Below, in pieces: positions 1 through 12,351 of a DNA stretch of 64,000 nt. Numbering within the stretch: the stretch's first letter is position 1; every line of letters begins with the position of its first letter. The stretch covers positions 60,946,001 through 61,010,000 of the forward strand of contig NC_043010.1 of NCBI RefSeq assembly GCF_006345805.1. The letters are read 5' to 3'. The position numbers and the translations under genes are program-made. This DNA comes from Octopus sinensis. Taxonomy: Eukaryota. The notes beneath the pieces were generated by a model. The model ran no database searches. It worked only from the letters and a program-made list of their open reading frames with translations, and had not been told where the DNA came from.

Positions 1-445
1 AGAAAGCCCCTCTCCTTCGATTGAGATGAAATCATCGCAGATAGAGCTTTTCGGAGTGACCCCACAGCCGACGCTCTGGAGCAGGAGTGAAGAACAGCTC
101 CTTCGAGAGGTTACACTTTCCGCTTATGATGTTGTGAGCAAGAATGAGATCACCACGGCAGCGGCGTTTTTCTAGAGAATAAAGGTTGAGCGTCTTCAGC
201 CTTTCTTCATAAGACAAATTCTTGAGACCAAGAACCATGCAGGTAGCCAGCTTCTGGACTCTTTCGAGATGCTGTATGTCTTTGAGGAGATAAGGAGAAG
301 AGGCTTGAATCCCGTACTCCAATATGGGTCTCACCAGCATGACATAGAGCGGTAGGAATATGGCTGCTGCGGGCATTCCGAATGACCGTCGAATCAAAAA
401 CAGAACTCCGCATGCTTTTTTGGCAGCATGGACGCACTGTATATA
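1..445 (-). mobile_element. CR1/L2-group LINE fragment (C-terminal part of RT ORF)
   Basis: Translation LYVMLVRPILEYG..HLERVQKLAT..LKNLSYEERLKTLNLYSLEKRRCRGDLI is the typical post-RT motif of CR1-group LINEs. A near-identical segment occurs at 30641-30815 on the opposite strand. Confidence 0.8.
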
Positions 446-459
446 TGTATGTAGATAGG

Positions 460-797
460 GTAAAGGGTAAAAACCCCTTTTGGTCATGAATGACCATGGG
501 GTTGCACCTGGAAAGTCACCCTCCGAGGCACAAGTCCGGGCAAGGTTGTTTTTATGGAAGACCAGCAGTCACCCATGCATACCAGCCTCCCCTCTCCGCA
601 CCATTGATGTTATCCAAGGGAAAGGCAAAGGGGCCCCTGATACATCTTGGCACCTGTGACATCACAACTCATTTCTACAGCTGAGTGAACTGGAGCAACG
701 TGAAATAAAGTGTCTTGCTCAAGAACATAACACACAGCCCAGTCCAAACTACCTCATGATTGTAAGCCCGACACTAACCACTGAGCCATGTGCTTTC
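460..797 (-). mobile_element. tRNA-derived CORE-type SINE (family C)
   Basis: Minus strand starts with a tRNA-like head (tggctcagtggttag), followed by the CORE-like block ttcttgagcaagacactttatttcacgttgctccag. Related copies occur elsewhere in the window. Confidence 0.75.
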
Positions 798-799
798 AT

Positions 800-833
<34 letters not shown>

Positions 834-1143
834 TATATAGGTGTGAGTGTGTGTATATATATCATCATCACTTAACAGCCATATTCTATGCTGGCATGGG
901 TTGGACATATAAGCATATACTTACACACACACACACTTTCTACACAACCTACATTTCCATCAATCTGCGTGTTTGTATCTTATAATTCAAGTAAACCATT
1001 CAGTAGTTAAAACACTTTGTGTCCTTTATTCCACCAAGATATCTCAGACCTTAGACGAGTATATCATCTCCCCCATGTCTGTATATCAAAACACCATGAG
1101 ACATTAATTGTTGGGGTGCAATTTACCTACACAGTAAGGGATG

Positions 1144-1182
<39 letters not shown>

Positions 1183-1440
1183 TACACACACTCATAGACA
1201 TTCACACATACATACAAACACGTTTGCATGCATATATTTACGTATGCGTGTGTATATGTATAAATAGATGCATGGACGGAAGTATGTGTATACATAAATC
1301 GGCCAAACACATATTAAGATCTAGGCAGATGCACACGGATTTATTTGCACGCACACGCTCAAACGCATATCTATCAATCTATCTATCTACCTGTCTGTCT
1401 ATCTATCTATCTATATCTATATACATATATATGATACACT

Positions 1441-1441
1441 T

Positions 1442-1531
<90 letters not shown>

Positions 1532-1540
1532 TAGATAGAT
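1441..1540. repeat. (GATA)n/(GACA)n microsatellite
   Basis: Directly visible tetranucleotide array. Confidence 0.95.
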
Positions 1541-1554
1541 ATGATAGATCGATA

Positions 1555-1730
1555 GCCACTACATACAGTTTTTTCTCTCCTTGTTTTTTCTGTGTCCCTT
1601 TCTGTAGAAGAGCGTAGGCTCGAAACGTAAAAGACTTTTTCTATTCCTGAGCGTTATACTAATACATCTGTTTGTTTTGTACAACACCTGTCTTCGTCTT
1701 TTGTTGTTTTTTTTTTCGTAAACTCTCCCT
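1555..1730 (+). mobile_element. Penelope-like terminal repeat fragment with variant hammerhead motif
   Basis: gtcccttt-CTGTAGA-A-GAGC-gtag-GCTC-GAAA-CGT-A-aaagac has hammerhead topology. The fragment sits between (GATA)n and (GA)n tracts. Confidence 0.55.
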
Positions 1731-1739
1731 AGATAGATA

Positions 1740-1782
<43 letters not shown>

Positions 1783-2223
1783 AGAGACAGAGACAGAGGT
1801 GGGGAGATGGAGAAAAACAGAGTTACGATTCAAAAACCTCCAGTTGCAATTTACAAATTCTACTTTATGCAACGAGTTCTTTCTATCGTTTGTAAACACG
1901 AACGTTCATGAATTCTAAATTCCATAAAGACACACATATACATACATATTTATCCATCCATCCATCCACCTATCTATCTATCTATCTATCTATCTACACA
2001 CACACACATTGTACGGTGTCTAATGATAAATGCAGTGTCAGAATGAAGACGGGAGAATCAATGTACGGTCCCTTTTGTATTGCTGTGCAGGTTACCTTGA
2101 TCCAACTACACAGGGATGTGTGTGTGTGTATGTATGTGTGCATGAGCCGATCTGTCACTGTGTGTGTGTATATGAGTCTGTCACAGTTTGTGTAGCTGTA
2201 CCGATGTGTATCATTGCATCCAA

Positions 2224-2265
<42 letters not shown>

Positions 2266-2604
2266 CGATGTCGTTCAACCCCAGGCCTGTTCTAATCAAT
2301 TTGACATATGATCAGCGATATTCCTACCATGACTATCTCGCTCTATTTCTAGGAAATGCTATATTTACAGACTCCATTACCCAATGTGGACTTCCTGTTA
2401 AAGAGATTTGGCTGCTATTTCTAGCTGCTCGAACAACCACTTACAACCCCACCACCACCACCACCTCTGTGGGTCGTGTATTAATGTTGTGCGTGTGTCT
2501 GTTTGTCAGTGTGTCTGTGTAAGTGTGCAATATCTGTATATATACTGATGCATCCAAATACGTGTGTGCCTGTCCCTAAATCATGCTTGTGTGTGTGTGT
2601 GTGT

Positions 2605-2641
<37 letters not shown>

Positions 2642-3199
2642 GTGTGTGTGTGCATTTTTTTTAAAAAAAGGGATTTCTGTGGGGAAGAGGTTTTACAAAA
2701 TGGTTCTGGCTGGAATTAGCGAATTAGTTATTTTATGTTCGAAAGATCCAAGGGAGTCGGACAGACAGAGAGTGTCGGAAATAAATGAACACACACACAC
2801 ACACACACACACATATATGTATATATATATGTATATGTGTATATATGAATTGCAGGAGAAAGGATTGGGTTGGTTTACGAGAAGCCGTGCTGGGTTGATG
2901 TTCTAGACAAGGAGTAGGAGCCTTAATAAGAGTAGAAAGGACAACAGGTGAGTAAACATTAGGCTGGAGTACTTACGTAGAAGTGAAGCTGTGAGTTTGT
3001 GTTGATAAAGAGAACAACAGAAAGAAGACTGGTGAAGACATTCCAAAATCCCGATATCTGATAGCAAGGGAGATAATCAAAGAAACTGCAGGCGATCTCT
3101 AATTACCTCCCTTCGTTAATGTCTATTTCTTTTCTCTCCCTGTCTCTCTCTCTGTCTCTCTCTCTCTCCTACACACACAAAGTTTACCAAATAATGGCA

Positions 3200-3720
3200 G
3201 AGTCTAACAGCCTGCGAATCATCTCTTGTAGAGAATACCTTTCACCGTGATCAAGTCTTAAATGTCTTGACTGGTGCTCTAAAACTGCAATGCTGTTGCA
3301 TCAATATAACAAGAAAGTTGCACCAAATTATGCTCCACAGAGCAAGCAAGAAAGGTTAATGCATCGATGGAAATCAAGTGAAGTTAAAACAATCCAAGCT
3401 TTTTCAATGACTATCAAGTGTCGGGAAATTTGAAGGAGAACCTCGTGTTCCCTCACCACATTGTAATAATGAGACTATACCTTGACATTTCGGCAGAGTC
3501 TGATTTCATAAAAAAGAAAGTTCTTATTGAAAGGGCATATGAAAGGAAGGGTCTGAAATATGAAGTGCTTAGTAGACCATGTGAAGCCTGAGAATGGCAA
3601 TGCATGATGTTTTGAAGGAGTGCAAGAGATTGTGGATTTGTAGTTAGACCCGCAATGTAGTATCCAGCTTGCAACAGACAAAGGAAGCATCACAGAACGG
3701 TGATTCTTGAATTGGAGAAG
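3200..3720 (+). mobile_element. Degenerate RLE-type non-LTR retrotransposon fragment (HERO/R2-like C-terminus)
   Basis: Frameshifted remnants resemble 'RYTWRHDQVL' (tacctttcaccgtgatcaagtctta), 'LVFPHHIVI..PDI', 'KKVLIE', 'ERK..KY', 'CRGFV' of the restriction-like endonuclease region. Confidence 0.55.
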
Positions 3721-3900
3721 GAATCCTAAAATACTTCATCCTGGATATGGCAAACGCCTGTGTGAGAGCAATTCCTCAGCCGAGAGTGGGAAACAAATCC
3801 TCCGTAAAATAAAACAGTTGTTAGGGTGGTTAGAACTGTTCCTAGTTTGAGGTGATGACTGCATGGACGACAAAGGGGGGAAATGTGCTACCATGTAGAC

Positions 3901-3988
3901 CAGCGTTTTTCAAACTATGGGTCCCGACCGTTCAGTGGGTCACAAGATAAATAAAATGGATCACAACAAAAAAGTTTGAAAAACACTG
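3901..3988. mobile_element. hAT-type MITE
   Basis: TIRs cagcgtttttcaaac / gtttgaaaaacactg, with 8-bp TSD atgtagac on both sides. Confidence 0.8.
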
Positions 3989-3996
3989 ATGTAGAC

Positions 3997-4526
3997 CAGG
4001 GGTCACCAAACATTTTTCATGGCAGGGGCAGAAAACTGAGAGAATGATGAGTGAGGGTTGCATAACCATTTTGTTCAATACAGTGAAAGCACAATAAAAT
4101 AAAAACAACCAACATATTCATTTACTAAGAAGTTATCAAAGAAGGCAACGTTAGTAATAAGGTAGTTCTATCACACCCAGTGCACACATATCCGAATCTC
4201 ACAAACCAAGCAGCAAAAAAGGTTGGTGAGATTTATGAAACTGGTGTTTAGCTTTTACAATATCAGCAATATTTGCTTTGGAATTGCTGCATCCAGCCAA
4301 GAGAATTGCTTTCAAAGGTTCATCAGTTAATCTCATTCAATGTGCTGACTTCACATTCTTCATTTTTGAAAATGTTTGCTCACAGACATAAATTGTTCCA
4401 ATCACTGATGCCATACCAGAGGCTAATGCAGTTACTTACACAAAAGGTACAGAGGATTGACAGACTGGATGAACTGACCTTACAGGCCAGATCCAACCCA
4501 TGGGCTGTACTTTGGAGATCCCCCTG
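3997..4526. mobile_element. Non-autonomous hAT (Charlie-like) element
   Basis: TIRs caggggtcaccaaac / tttggagatccccctg, flanked by 8-bp TSD atgtagac (3989-3996, 4527-4534). Confidence 0.8.
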
Positions 4527-4796
4527 ATGTAGACCAAAAGAACTTGGATATTTTCCAGTAGTATCAATAGTATTTGACACCACTGACAGGAATAATATGT
4601 TTGAAGGTGCAAAAATTATTATGATCTTTAAGCAATAGTTGGTTAAGGAAATGCCCCATAGTGGAAGCTATATCTGTCTATCTATCTGTCAGTCTGTATG
4701 TATGTATGTACGTCTATGTGTATGCATGTATGTATGTCTGTCTGTCTATCCATCTATCTATCTATTCCCAGTTCTTTTACTTTTCTGAGATGGCTT

Positions 4797-5170
4797 TATC
4801 TTTTATCTTCCACTTGTTTCAGTCACTGGGCTGTGGCCATGCTGGGGCACTGCCTTGAAGAATTTTAGTCAAATGAATTGACTCAACACTTTTTCTCTTT
4901 TAAGCCTGGTACTTATTTTATTGGGATCTTTTGCTGAACTGGTAAGTTACAGGGATGTAAACACACCAACAGCAGGTGTCAAGTGGTGGGGAACAAACAA
5001 ACACACACACACATAGATGACAGGCTTCTTACAGTTTTCATACCAAATCCACTCAGAATGCTTTGGTTAGTCTGAAGCAAAAGTAGAAGACACTTGCCCA
5101 AGGTGCCATGCAACGGGACTGAGCCTAGAACCATGTGGTTGGGAAGCAAGCTTCTTACCACACAGCCACA
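4797..5170 (-). mobile_element. tRNA-derived CORE SINE (family A)
   Basis: Head gtggctgtgtggtaag..ggttc, CORE-like ccttgggcaagtgtcttc, tail ccagcatggccacag..gactgaaacaag. More than 10 copies in the window. Confidence 0.85.
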
Positions 5171-6849
5171 TTTGTCCCTGTGTCAGTCAAGTTTTTGGGG
5201 GGTTTTTCCCAGTTAAGTGAAACAATGTCTAGCTGAGTTTCTTTTAATGAAAAGAAATGTCAACAGACAAAGACTTATTTTAGCATTGAACTTGATAAAA
5301 ATAAATGAAGAATATACAAGAAAACTTAACTCAGAACTTTTATCAAATTTACAAATGGTTGAGAGGAAATATTTAATAAGTTACATTGTATGCCATATCT
5401 AATACTTCAAAAAGATAATTCAATATGGCTTTCTGTAAATATTGAATGTGTCTTGTGTACTGTACAATTGCTCACCTTGTAAAGTCAGTGACCCATTTAC
5501 AAGTATTTGTTAATTTTAAGCAATTTATAAATGCAGGCTGAACATGTTTCACTCTGAATAAGCAGAAATTATTTGCTCAGCAATACTTTAAAGAAACTAA
5601 TTAAAATGCTTCTTGCCGGGGAACAAGAATTGGAGACATACATCAGATAAATAGCTTCTTTCAATGACTGGGTGTTTCATTTAAAAAAAATTAAATATTC
5701 AGGCTTGTGTATCAGGAATCACCTTTGATATATGCTCTGTGTGTGTGTGTGCTTGCACATGCATATGTAGCTTTTCAGCTTCAATACAACACTAAAATTT
5801 GTTCTACCGTTCGTATTCAAGTAGTATTTTCTGCACCTTGTTTGTAACTATGTACTCACATCTGCACACAAACAAACACACACACACACACAAACATACA
5901 AAACAAACACAGCAAGCCTGAAGTGCAAACAGGCACCCTAAATTTAGTACCATTTCTATTTCTTTTTCTCATACCTCTCTCATTCCTTTTCCTTCTCATA
6001 AATAAATGGTATGACCTGAAACATTGGATATACAGTTGTTTTCATTGTACACATTCTTCAATAGTTATTGTTGTTTTTTATATTCATCCTTTTTCCATCA
6101 CATGTTAACTTTCTAACATCATGTTATTTATTTGTGTTCTTCTTACCTCATAACTTTCAAATCCCAGAATAAAATAATTCCACTTCCCTTTCTGATTACA
6201 TTGGGAAACTGAAAAAGATTGGGCTTGATGTATACAGCCATAACTTGAACCATAGCTGAGACTGCAGCACTATACTTTCATGTACTGAAAACATGCATCT
6301 TGTGGCTGACTGAGAAATATAATATTTTGATATAAATTTCCAATATGTTCAATAAAAGCAAGAAATAATGCCTTAATACAGATACAAGAATAAATATTTA
6401 TCAAAATAGTGTTTTCAAGCACAAATGATGTAAACATATTGCCACTTGTATTACATCAACTAACCAACGATAATTTTCCCTCATGTAATGTCCACTTACA
6501 ATTTCCTGCATGAGACACCAGCAACTTCAGCATTTCAAGTGAAGAAAGAAATCTACATTACTCTCTCTGTATATGGGTCACCCTGACATTGACCTTAATA
6601 ACAGATAAGAATGGAGAAAAAGTGGTGTATTGACCCATGTTCTTGACACTTACTATTCATTATTCTCCTTGTTATCTGAACAAATACACATTAGGGAGGG
6701 ATTCTATGGAATGATTGAGGGAATTGTCAGATTTGAATGAATAAATGTTGCTTTGTGCAGTGAGAACTTTCTCTCCTGTTTGCACATCTACAGCAGACAT
6801 AGAATGGTGATGATGGAGATGATGTTGCCCTCTCTCTCTCTCCCTCCCT

Positions 6850-6915
6850 CCACCCACCCACCCACCCACCCATCCATCCATCCATCCATCCATCCATCCA
6901 TCCATCCATCCATCA

Positions 6916-7008
<93 letters not shown>

Positions 7009-7030
7009 ACACACACACACACACACACAG
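6850..7030. repeat. (CCCA)/(CCAT)/(CTAT)/(CA) compound microsatellite
   Basis: Directly visible. Confidence 0.95.
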
Positions 7031-7277
7031 CTCATCAGTAGATAGTACACAATCATTTTTGAAAGCTTTATTTCTAGAATCCAAATAATGTCATTTGATG
7101 CCTTTAAATACTTAATCTAGTGATTTAACATCCAGCAGACATGATTTTTTAATGATTTAATCCAACTGGGCAGATAAAATGGTATGATAATGGGTTTCTA
7201 TTTACTTTCAAGATGCATATGTATGTGTGTGTATATATGTATGGATATACATGCATAAATATATATATCTACGTATA

Positions 7278-7700
7278 TCATCATCATCATCATCGTTTAA
7301 CATCCGTTTTCCATGCTGGCATGGGTTGGACGGTTCGACTGGGGTCTGGGAAGCCAGGAGGCTGCACCGGGCTCCAATCTGATCTGGCAGTGTTTCTACA
7401 GCTGGATGCCCTTCCTACCACCAATCACTCAAAGAGTGTAGCGGGTGCTTTTTATGTGCCACCGGCACAGGGGCCAGAGGAGCTGGCATCAACCACGATC
7501 AGATGGTGCTTTTTATGTGCCATGAGCACAGAAGCCAGTCAAAGTGGCACTGGCATCAGCCACGTTTGGATGGTACTTTTTACGTGCTACAGGCACAGGA
7601 GTCACAGCTACAATTTCCATTTGATTAGATTTTGATGTTGATGTTCTTGACTCAATAGGTCTCCTCAAGCACGGCATGTCACCCTACAATCAAAAGTACT
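7278..7700 (-). mobile_element. RTE LINE 3' end (5'-truncated copy)
   Basis: (CAT)n tail plus cgtttaacatccgttttccatgctggcatgggttggac..ctggatgcccttcct. The same sequence is contiguous with RTE coding sequence at 8797-10370. Confidence 0.8.
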
Positions 7701-7713
7701 TTATATATATATA

Positions 7714-7755
<42 letters not shown>

Positions 7756-8029
7756 AAGAGAGATGACAAAGGTATAAATGTTTACCTTATGAACTTCATT
7801 AGCTTACAGTTGTTTCTGCTACAAGAGTAGGGGACACATAGTTGAGCGTCTGAATAATACCGTATAACTTCGTTGGAGCCTCGAATATGAAGTGTTAGAT
7901 TTGAAGGCATGAGTTTGTTTCAAATACTGACTTTTAAATGAATTTTCCATTAGCTCTACCTTATTCTTTTCAGTACCACCTGTAGATTAATTTCAATTCT
8001 ATACACGTAAAAAAAGCATTGGTGATGGT

Positions 8030-8225
8030 AGAAAGAGCTGTCTTCAAAAAAGTAAGGACCAATGAAGGCAGCTTTTCCAACAGCCCACCAGACCAAAACT
8101 TTTGGGTTGTACAATGGTCTTTCATGCAGTTCTCTTGGATTTCAAGAACCTGAAAACAACAATTCTTTTGATTCACCATTCCATTGAGATGAAAATGAGC
8201 TTCATCACTCATTAACAAAATGAGG
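8030..8225 (-). mobile_element. Tc1/mariner-superfamily transposase fragment
   Basis: LMSDEAHFHLNGMVNQKN followed after a frameshift by HERPLYNPKVLVW..IGPYFF, i.e. the first catalytic Asp region. Confidence 0.7.
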
Positions 8226-8700
8226 TTGTCAGCATAGAGGAGCTCCCAGGGGCATCCAGTCTTGAATTCCTCTGTTATTGCCTAGAGGACTATGATAAAT
8301 AGGAGGGGACTGAGGACTTAAACCTTGGTGGACCCCTACTTCTACCCAGAATTCTTCACTGTACTTGTTGCTAACCCTCACCTTACTGACAGCGTCCCTG
8401 TACATGACTTGCACAGCTCTCACTAACCATTCAATTATCCCTAGTTTCCTCATTGACCACCAGATAAGGGATCGGGCGACCCTGTCAAAGGCTTTTTCCA
8501 TGTCAACAAAAGCCAGGTACAGAGGTTTATCTTTGGCTAGGTATTTCTCCTGCAGCTGTCTTACCAGAAATATAGCATCAGTGGTGCTTTTCCCTGGCAT
8601 GAACCCAAACTGCATCTCATCTAAACTGACTTTCTCCCTAATTAGTTGGGCTATGACCCTCTCCATGACCTTCATTACCTGATCCAACAACTTGATACCT
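8226..8700 (-). mobile_element. RTE LINE reverse transcriptase fragment
   Basis: MQFGFMPGKSTTDAIFLVRQLQEKY..LYLAFVDMEKAFDRV..GVHQG, RT motifs 1-4 of the RTE clade. Confidence 0.9.
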
Positions 8701-8727
8701 CTCTCTCACTATATATATATACATATA

Positions 8728-8796
<69 letters not shown>

Positions 8797-10370
8797 ATCA
8801 TCATCATTGTTTAATGTCCGCTTTCCATGCTAGCATGTGTTGGACAATTTGACTGAGGGCTGGTGAACCAGATGGCTGCACCAGGCTTCAATCTTGATCT
8901 GGCAGAGTTTCTACAGCTGAATGCCATTCCTAACGCCAAACACCCCGAGAGTGGGGTCAGTCAGGCGGTACTGGCAACGACCATGCTCAAATCTCTTACA
9001 CATGCCACCGGCACAGGTTCCAGTAAGGTGATGCTGGTAATGATTGCGCTCGAATGGTGCCTTTTATGTGCCACTGGCATGGAAGCCAGTTAGCCGCTCT
9101 GGCAATGATCACGCTTGGATGGTGCTCTTAGCCCCCTACTAGCACGGGACTTGAGTGCCAGTAAGGTGACGCTGGTATCGATCACACTTGAATTGTGCCT
9201 TTTATGTGTCACTGGCACAGAAGCCGGTTAGCCGCTCTGTCAATGATCACACTCGTATGGTGCTCTTTGCACCCTGCTAGCACAGACACCAGTCATCGAA
9301 TTTGATTTTGATTTCACTCGCCTCAACAGGTCTTTGCAAGCAGAGTTTTAGTGTCCAAAGAAGGAAAAGGTATGCATAGGTGGACTGGTTACACTCCTGG
9401 TGTAGGCCACAGGTTTTGGTCTCATTTGGCTTGCCAGGTTTTCTCATGCACAGCATATTTCCAAAAGTCTCAGTCGCTAGTCAATTCTTTGGTAAGGCCT
9501 AATGTTCAAAGGCCGTGCTTCACCACTTCATCCCAGGTCTTCCTCCCTTCCACAGGTTCCCTCAACCGCTAGGGTGTAGCACTTTTTCACACACCTATCT
9601 TCATCGGTGAGAGCTAAAGTTCGAAGGTCGTGCTTCACCACCTCGTCCCAGGTTTTCCTGGGTCTACCTGTTCCACAGGTTCCCTCAACCGCTAGGGTGT
9701 AGCACTTTTTCACACACCTATCTTCATCCATTCTCACCACATGGCTATACCAGTGCAATCGTCTCTCTTGCACACCACATCTAATGCTTCTTAGGTCCAA
9801 CATTTCTCTCAAGGTACTTACACTCTGTCAAGTATGTACACTGACATTACACATCCATCGGAGCATACTGGCTTCATTCCTTGCGAGCTTACGCATATCC
9901 TCAGCAGTCACGGCCCGTGGCTGTTCGTACACATGCGTCATACAGTCTGCCTTTTACTCTGAGTGAGAGGCCCTTTGTCATCAGCAGAGGTAAGAGCTCC
10001 CTGAACTTTTCCCAGGCTATTCTTATTCTAGCAGCTACACTTTCAGTGCACCCTCCCCCGATACTGACTTGGTCACCTAGTTAACGGAAGCTATCAACTA
10101 CTTCTTGTTTTCTTCCCTGGAATGTGGCGGAAGTTGTTCTCTGCACATTTTCAGTGTTTAGGCTCCTGAGCATCTGCGACATACGAAAACTATCTTCCCA
10201 GTTAGCCTTCCTTTGATATTGCTGCACCTCTTATGTGTCCATAGCTTACACTGGGTACATCTTATAGAGTTTCTACCTATGCCTTTTCTACAGATCGAGC
10301 AGGGCCATCTGCCTGAAGGGATTTGTGGTTTGCCTGCCTTCCTACTTATTAGGACTTTGGTTTTAGCTAT
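8797..10370 (-). mobile_element. 5'-truncated RTE LINE (ORF C-terminus plus 3' UTR)
   Basis: KTKVL..Cys/His cluster..RRLHWYSHVVRMDEDR..GRPRKTW, then a 3' UTR with ~60-bp subrepeats and a (GAT)n tail. Internal duplication 9550-9605/9674-9728. Confidence 0.9.
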
Positions 10371-10378
10371 AATAATAA

Positions 10379-10409
<31 letters not shown>

Positions 10410-10830
10410 CCAGAGATGGAATTTATAAACACTTTGATGCATCTCTACACATGTTTTCCACTCGTTTCTTCTGATCATAATCCCTATTCCAAAAAGGATT
10501 ACAGTACAGTCCAATAAACTGCATGAACTATGATGCACCCAATGTCCAAGGATAATATGGATTGCATTATAATTATATCTCAGGAATACAGACTATGATC
10601 ATAAGCAACATGTGACCTGTGGAAATGTGTGTAGTGATGCAGTGAAATGTTGACAAATTTCATCCATAGATTATTATCATTATTATAAGATTTATCCTAC
10701 ATTATATCGGCACAACTCTGTAAAACTGCTATTGCTGTTTGGTATCTTTTGGCTGTGGTTGACATAATTAAATAAGAGCTTTTATATGCAAACACAAAAA
10801 CGTTTCCTGTAAAAGAACTTAGATGATATA

Positions 10831-12351
10831 CAGTCGTGGACAATGATTTTGGCAAACACCATTTTTTTGCTATTTTGTGTGAAATGTCATGTGAATGTCA
10901 ATGATTTAATATTATTTGAACAGGTTGTCTGTTATCCAATAAGATTTGCATGAAAGACTGTCGAAAACCAATAGCTGTTGCTAATAATCATCAGTTTACG
11001 GAATCGGTTATATTCCCTACAAGTGGAATTCCTCTTCATGATCTCAAGTTGGAATCGCATGCAAACTAATAATTAATAACCAGAACAGTAATTAAAGTTA
11101 TGATGTCATGAGCCTTTTATGATTGATTTTTAATTAATGAATGCTTCTTTTCCTCACAAAAGCTTCAAATTTTCTTTTCTTTTATTGCAGAGATGGTATC
11201 GGGACAAGATAAATATCAGTCAATAATTTCTTCCCACCAAAATGGCCTCAAAACACAGGATATTGTGGCTGAAGGCATTGCACCTGAAATAACTGAAAGA
11301 AAGGATTACAAAACCTTTCAAAGAGACAGGATCCCTGACAGTGAAGAATGCCCCTGGTCATCGATGTCTGGCCCCTGACTGCCAAGACAGAGCTTTGGTG
11401 AGAAATTCATTAAGGAATTGAAGTGCCGGCAGCAAACAGCTTGCTAAAGGCTGGGAACCAGCTGGTGTCAGTGCTTCAGCTCAGACTGTTCAATGCTGAC
11501 TTCTTGACAATGGTCTCGCTTCACGAAGTGCTGCATAGAAACCTATTTTATCCAAGAAAAACATGAAGAACAGACTTGCCTTTTGCAGAAAATATAAAAA
11601 TTATTCTAGTGAACAATGGGACAAAGTGATTTTTTTCTGATGAATCACCTTTTCAATTTCTAGAACATCTAGAAAGGCTTGTCAGAAGGTGACAAGGGGA
11701 ATACTATGATGAGGCTTGTATCGTGCCCACTGTCAAGCATCCAGAAACCATTCATGTGTGAAGTTGCTTTTCATCCAAGGACATTGAATCACTGTCAGTT
11801 TTGCCAAAAAACACTACTGTGAATTCCACGTGGTACCAACATATCCTTGACAACCATCTCCTTCCAACTATTGAGAAGCAGTCTGATGAAGAAAGTTGCA
11901 TTTCCCAACAAGATGGAGCACCTTGCTGCACTGCTAAAAGGATTAAAAAGTATCTTGGAGATAAAGGTATTGAAAGTTTGGAGCTTTGGCTGGGGAATTC
12001 ACCAGATTTAAATCCTATTTGTGGTCCATCCTTAAAACCTGAGTTGACAGAGAAAAACCAACAATTGTTGAATACTTGAAAGCTCTCGCACAGCAAGAAT
12101 AGAGGTCTGTAAACAGATCATTGGTTTCCAGTATGCCCAAACGAATCATGGACATCTCAAAAAATAGGGGTCACCACTGCAAATACTGAGAGGAAGATGA
12201 ATAACTATGTATCACACCTTATTATGGTTCAAATGGTTCGAGTGTGCTTTTATTCTTTGTTAATATGCTCAAACAAATCAACTTTTTGCCATAGACATAT
12301 TTCTATACTTTTGGTGTCAAATAACACTTTTGCTAAAATCATTGGCCCACT
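10831..12351 (+). mobile_element. Tc1-family DNA transposon, near full length, pseudogenised transposase (~11193-12188)
   Basis: TA + TIR cagtcgtggacaatgattttggcaaa / tttgctaaaatcattggcccac. Transposase remnants WDKVIFSDES, QQDGAPC, GNSPDLNPI, with multiple stops and frameshifts. Confidence 0.85.

Noticed and set aside
788-2906. Many ORFs rich in YI/HT/CV dipeptides (also 49677-53581 and 63504-63916)
   Set aside because: They are translations of (TA)n, (CA)n and (GATA)n microsatellites, with no domain content.
7790-7900. Possible hammerhead (minus strand gaaacaactgtaagct)
   Set aside because: No CUGANGA core found in register. At best a heavily decayed Penelope end.
11630-11650. CTGATGA heptamer
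   Set aside because: It encodes the SDE motif of the Tc1 transposase and has no hammerhead stems.
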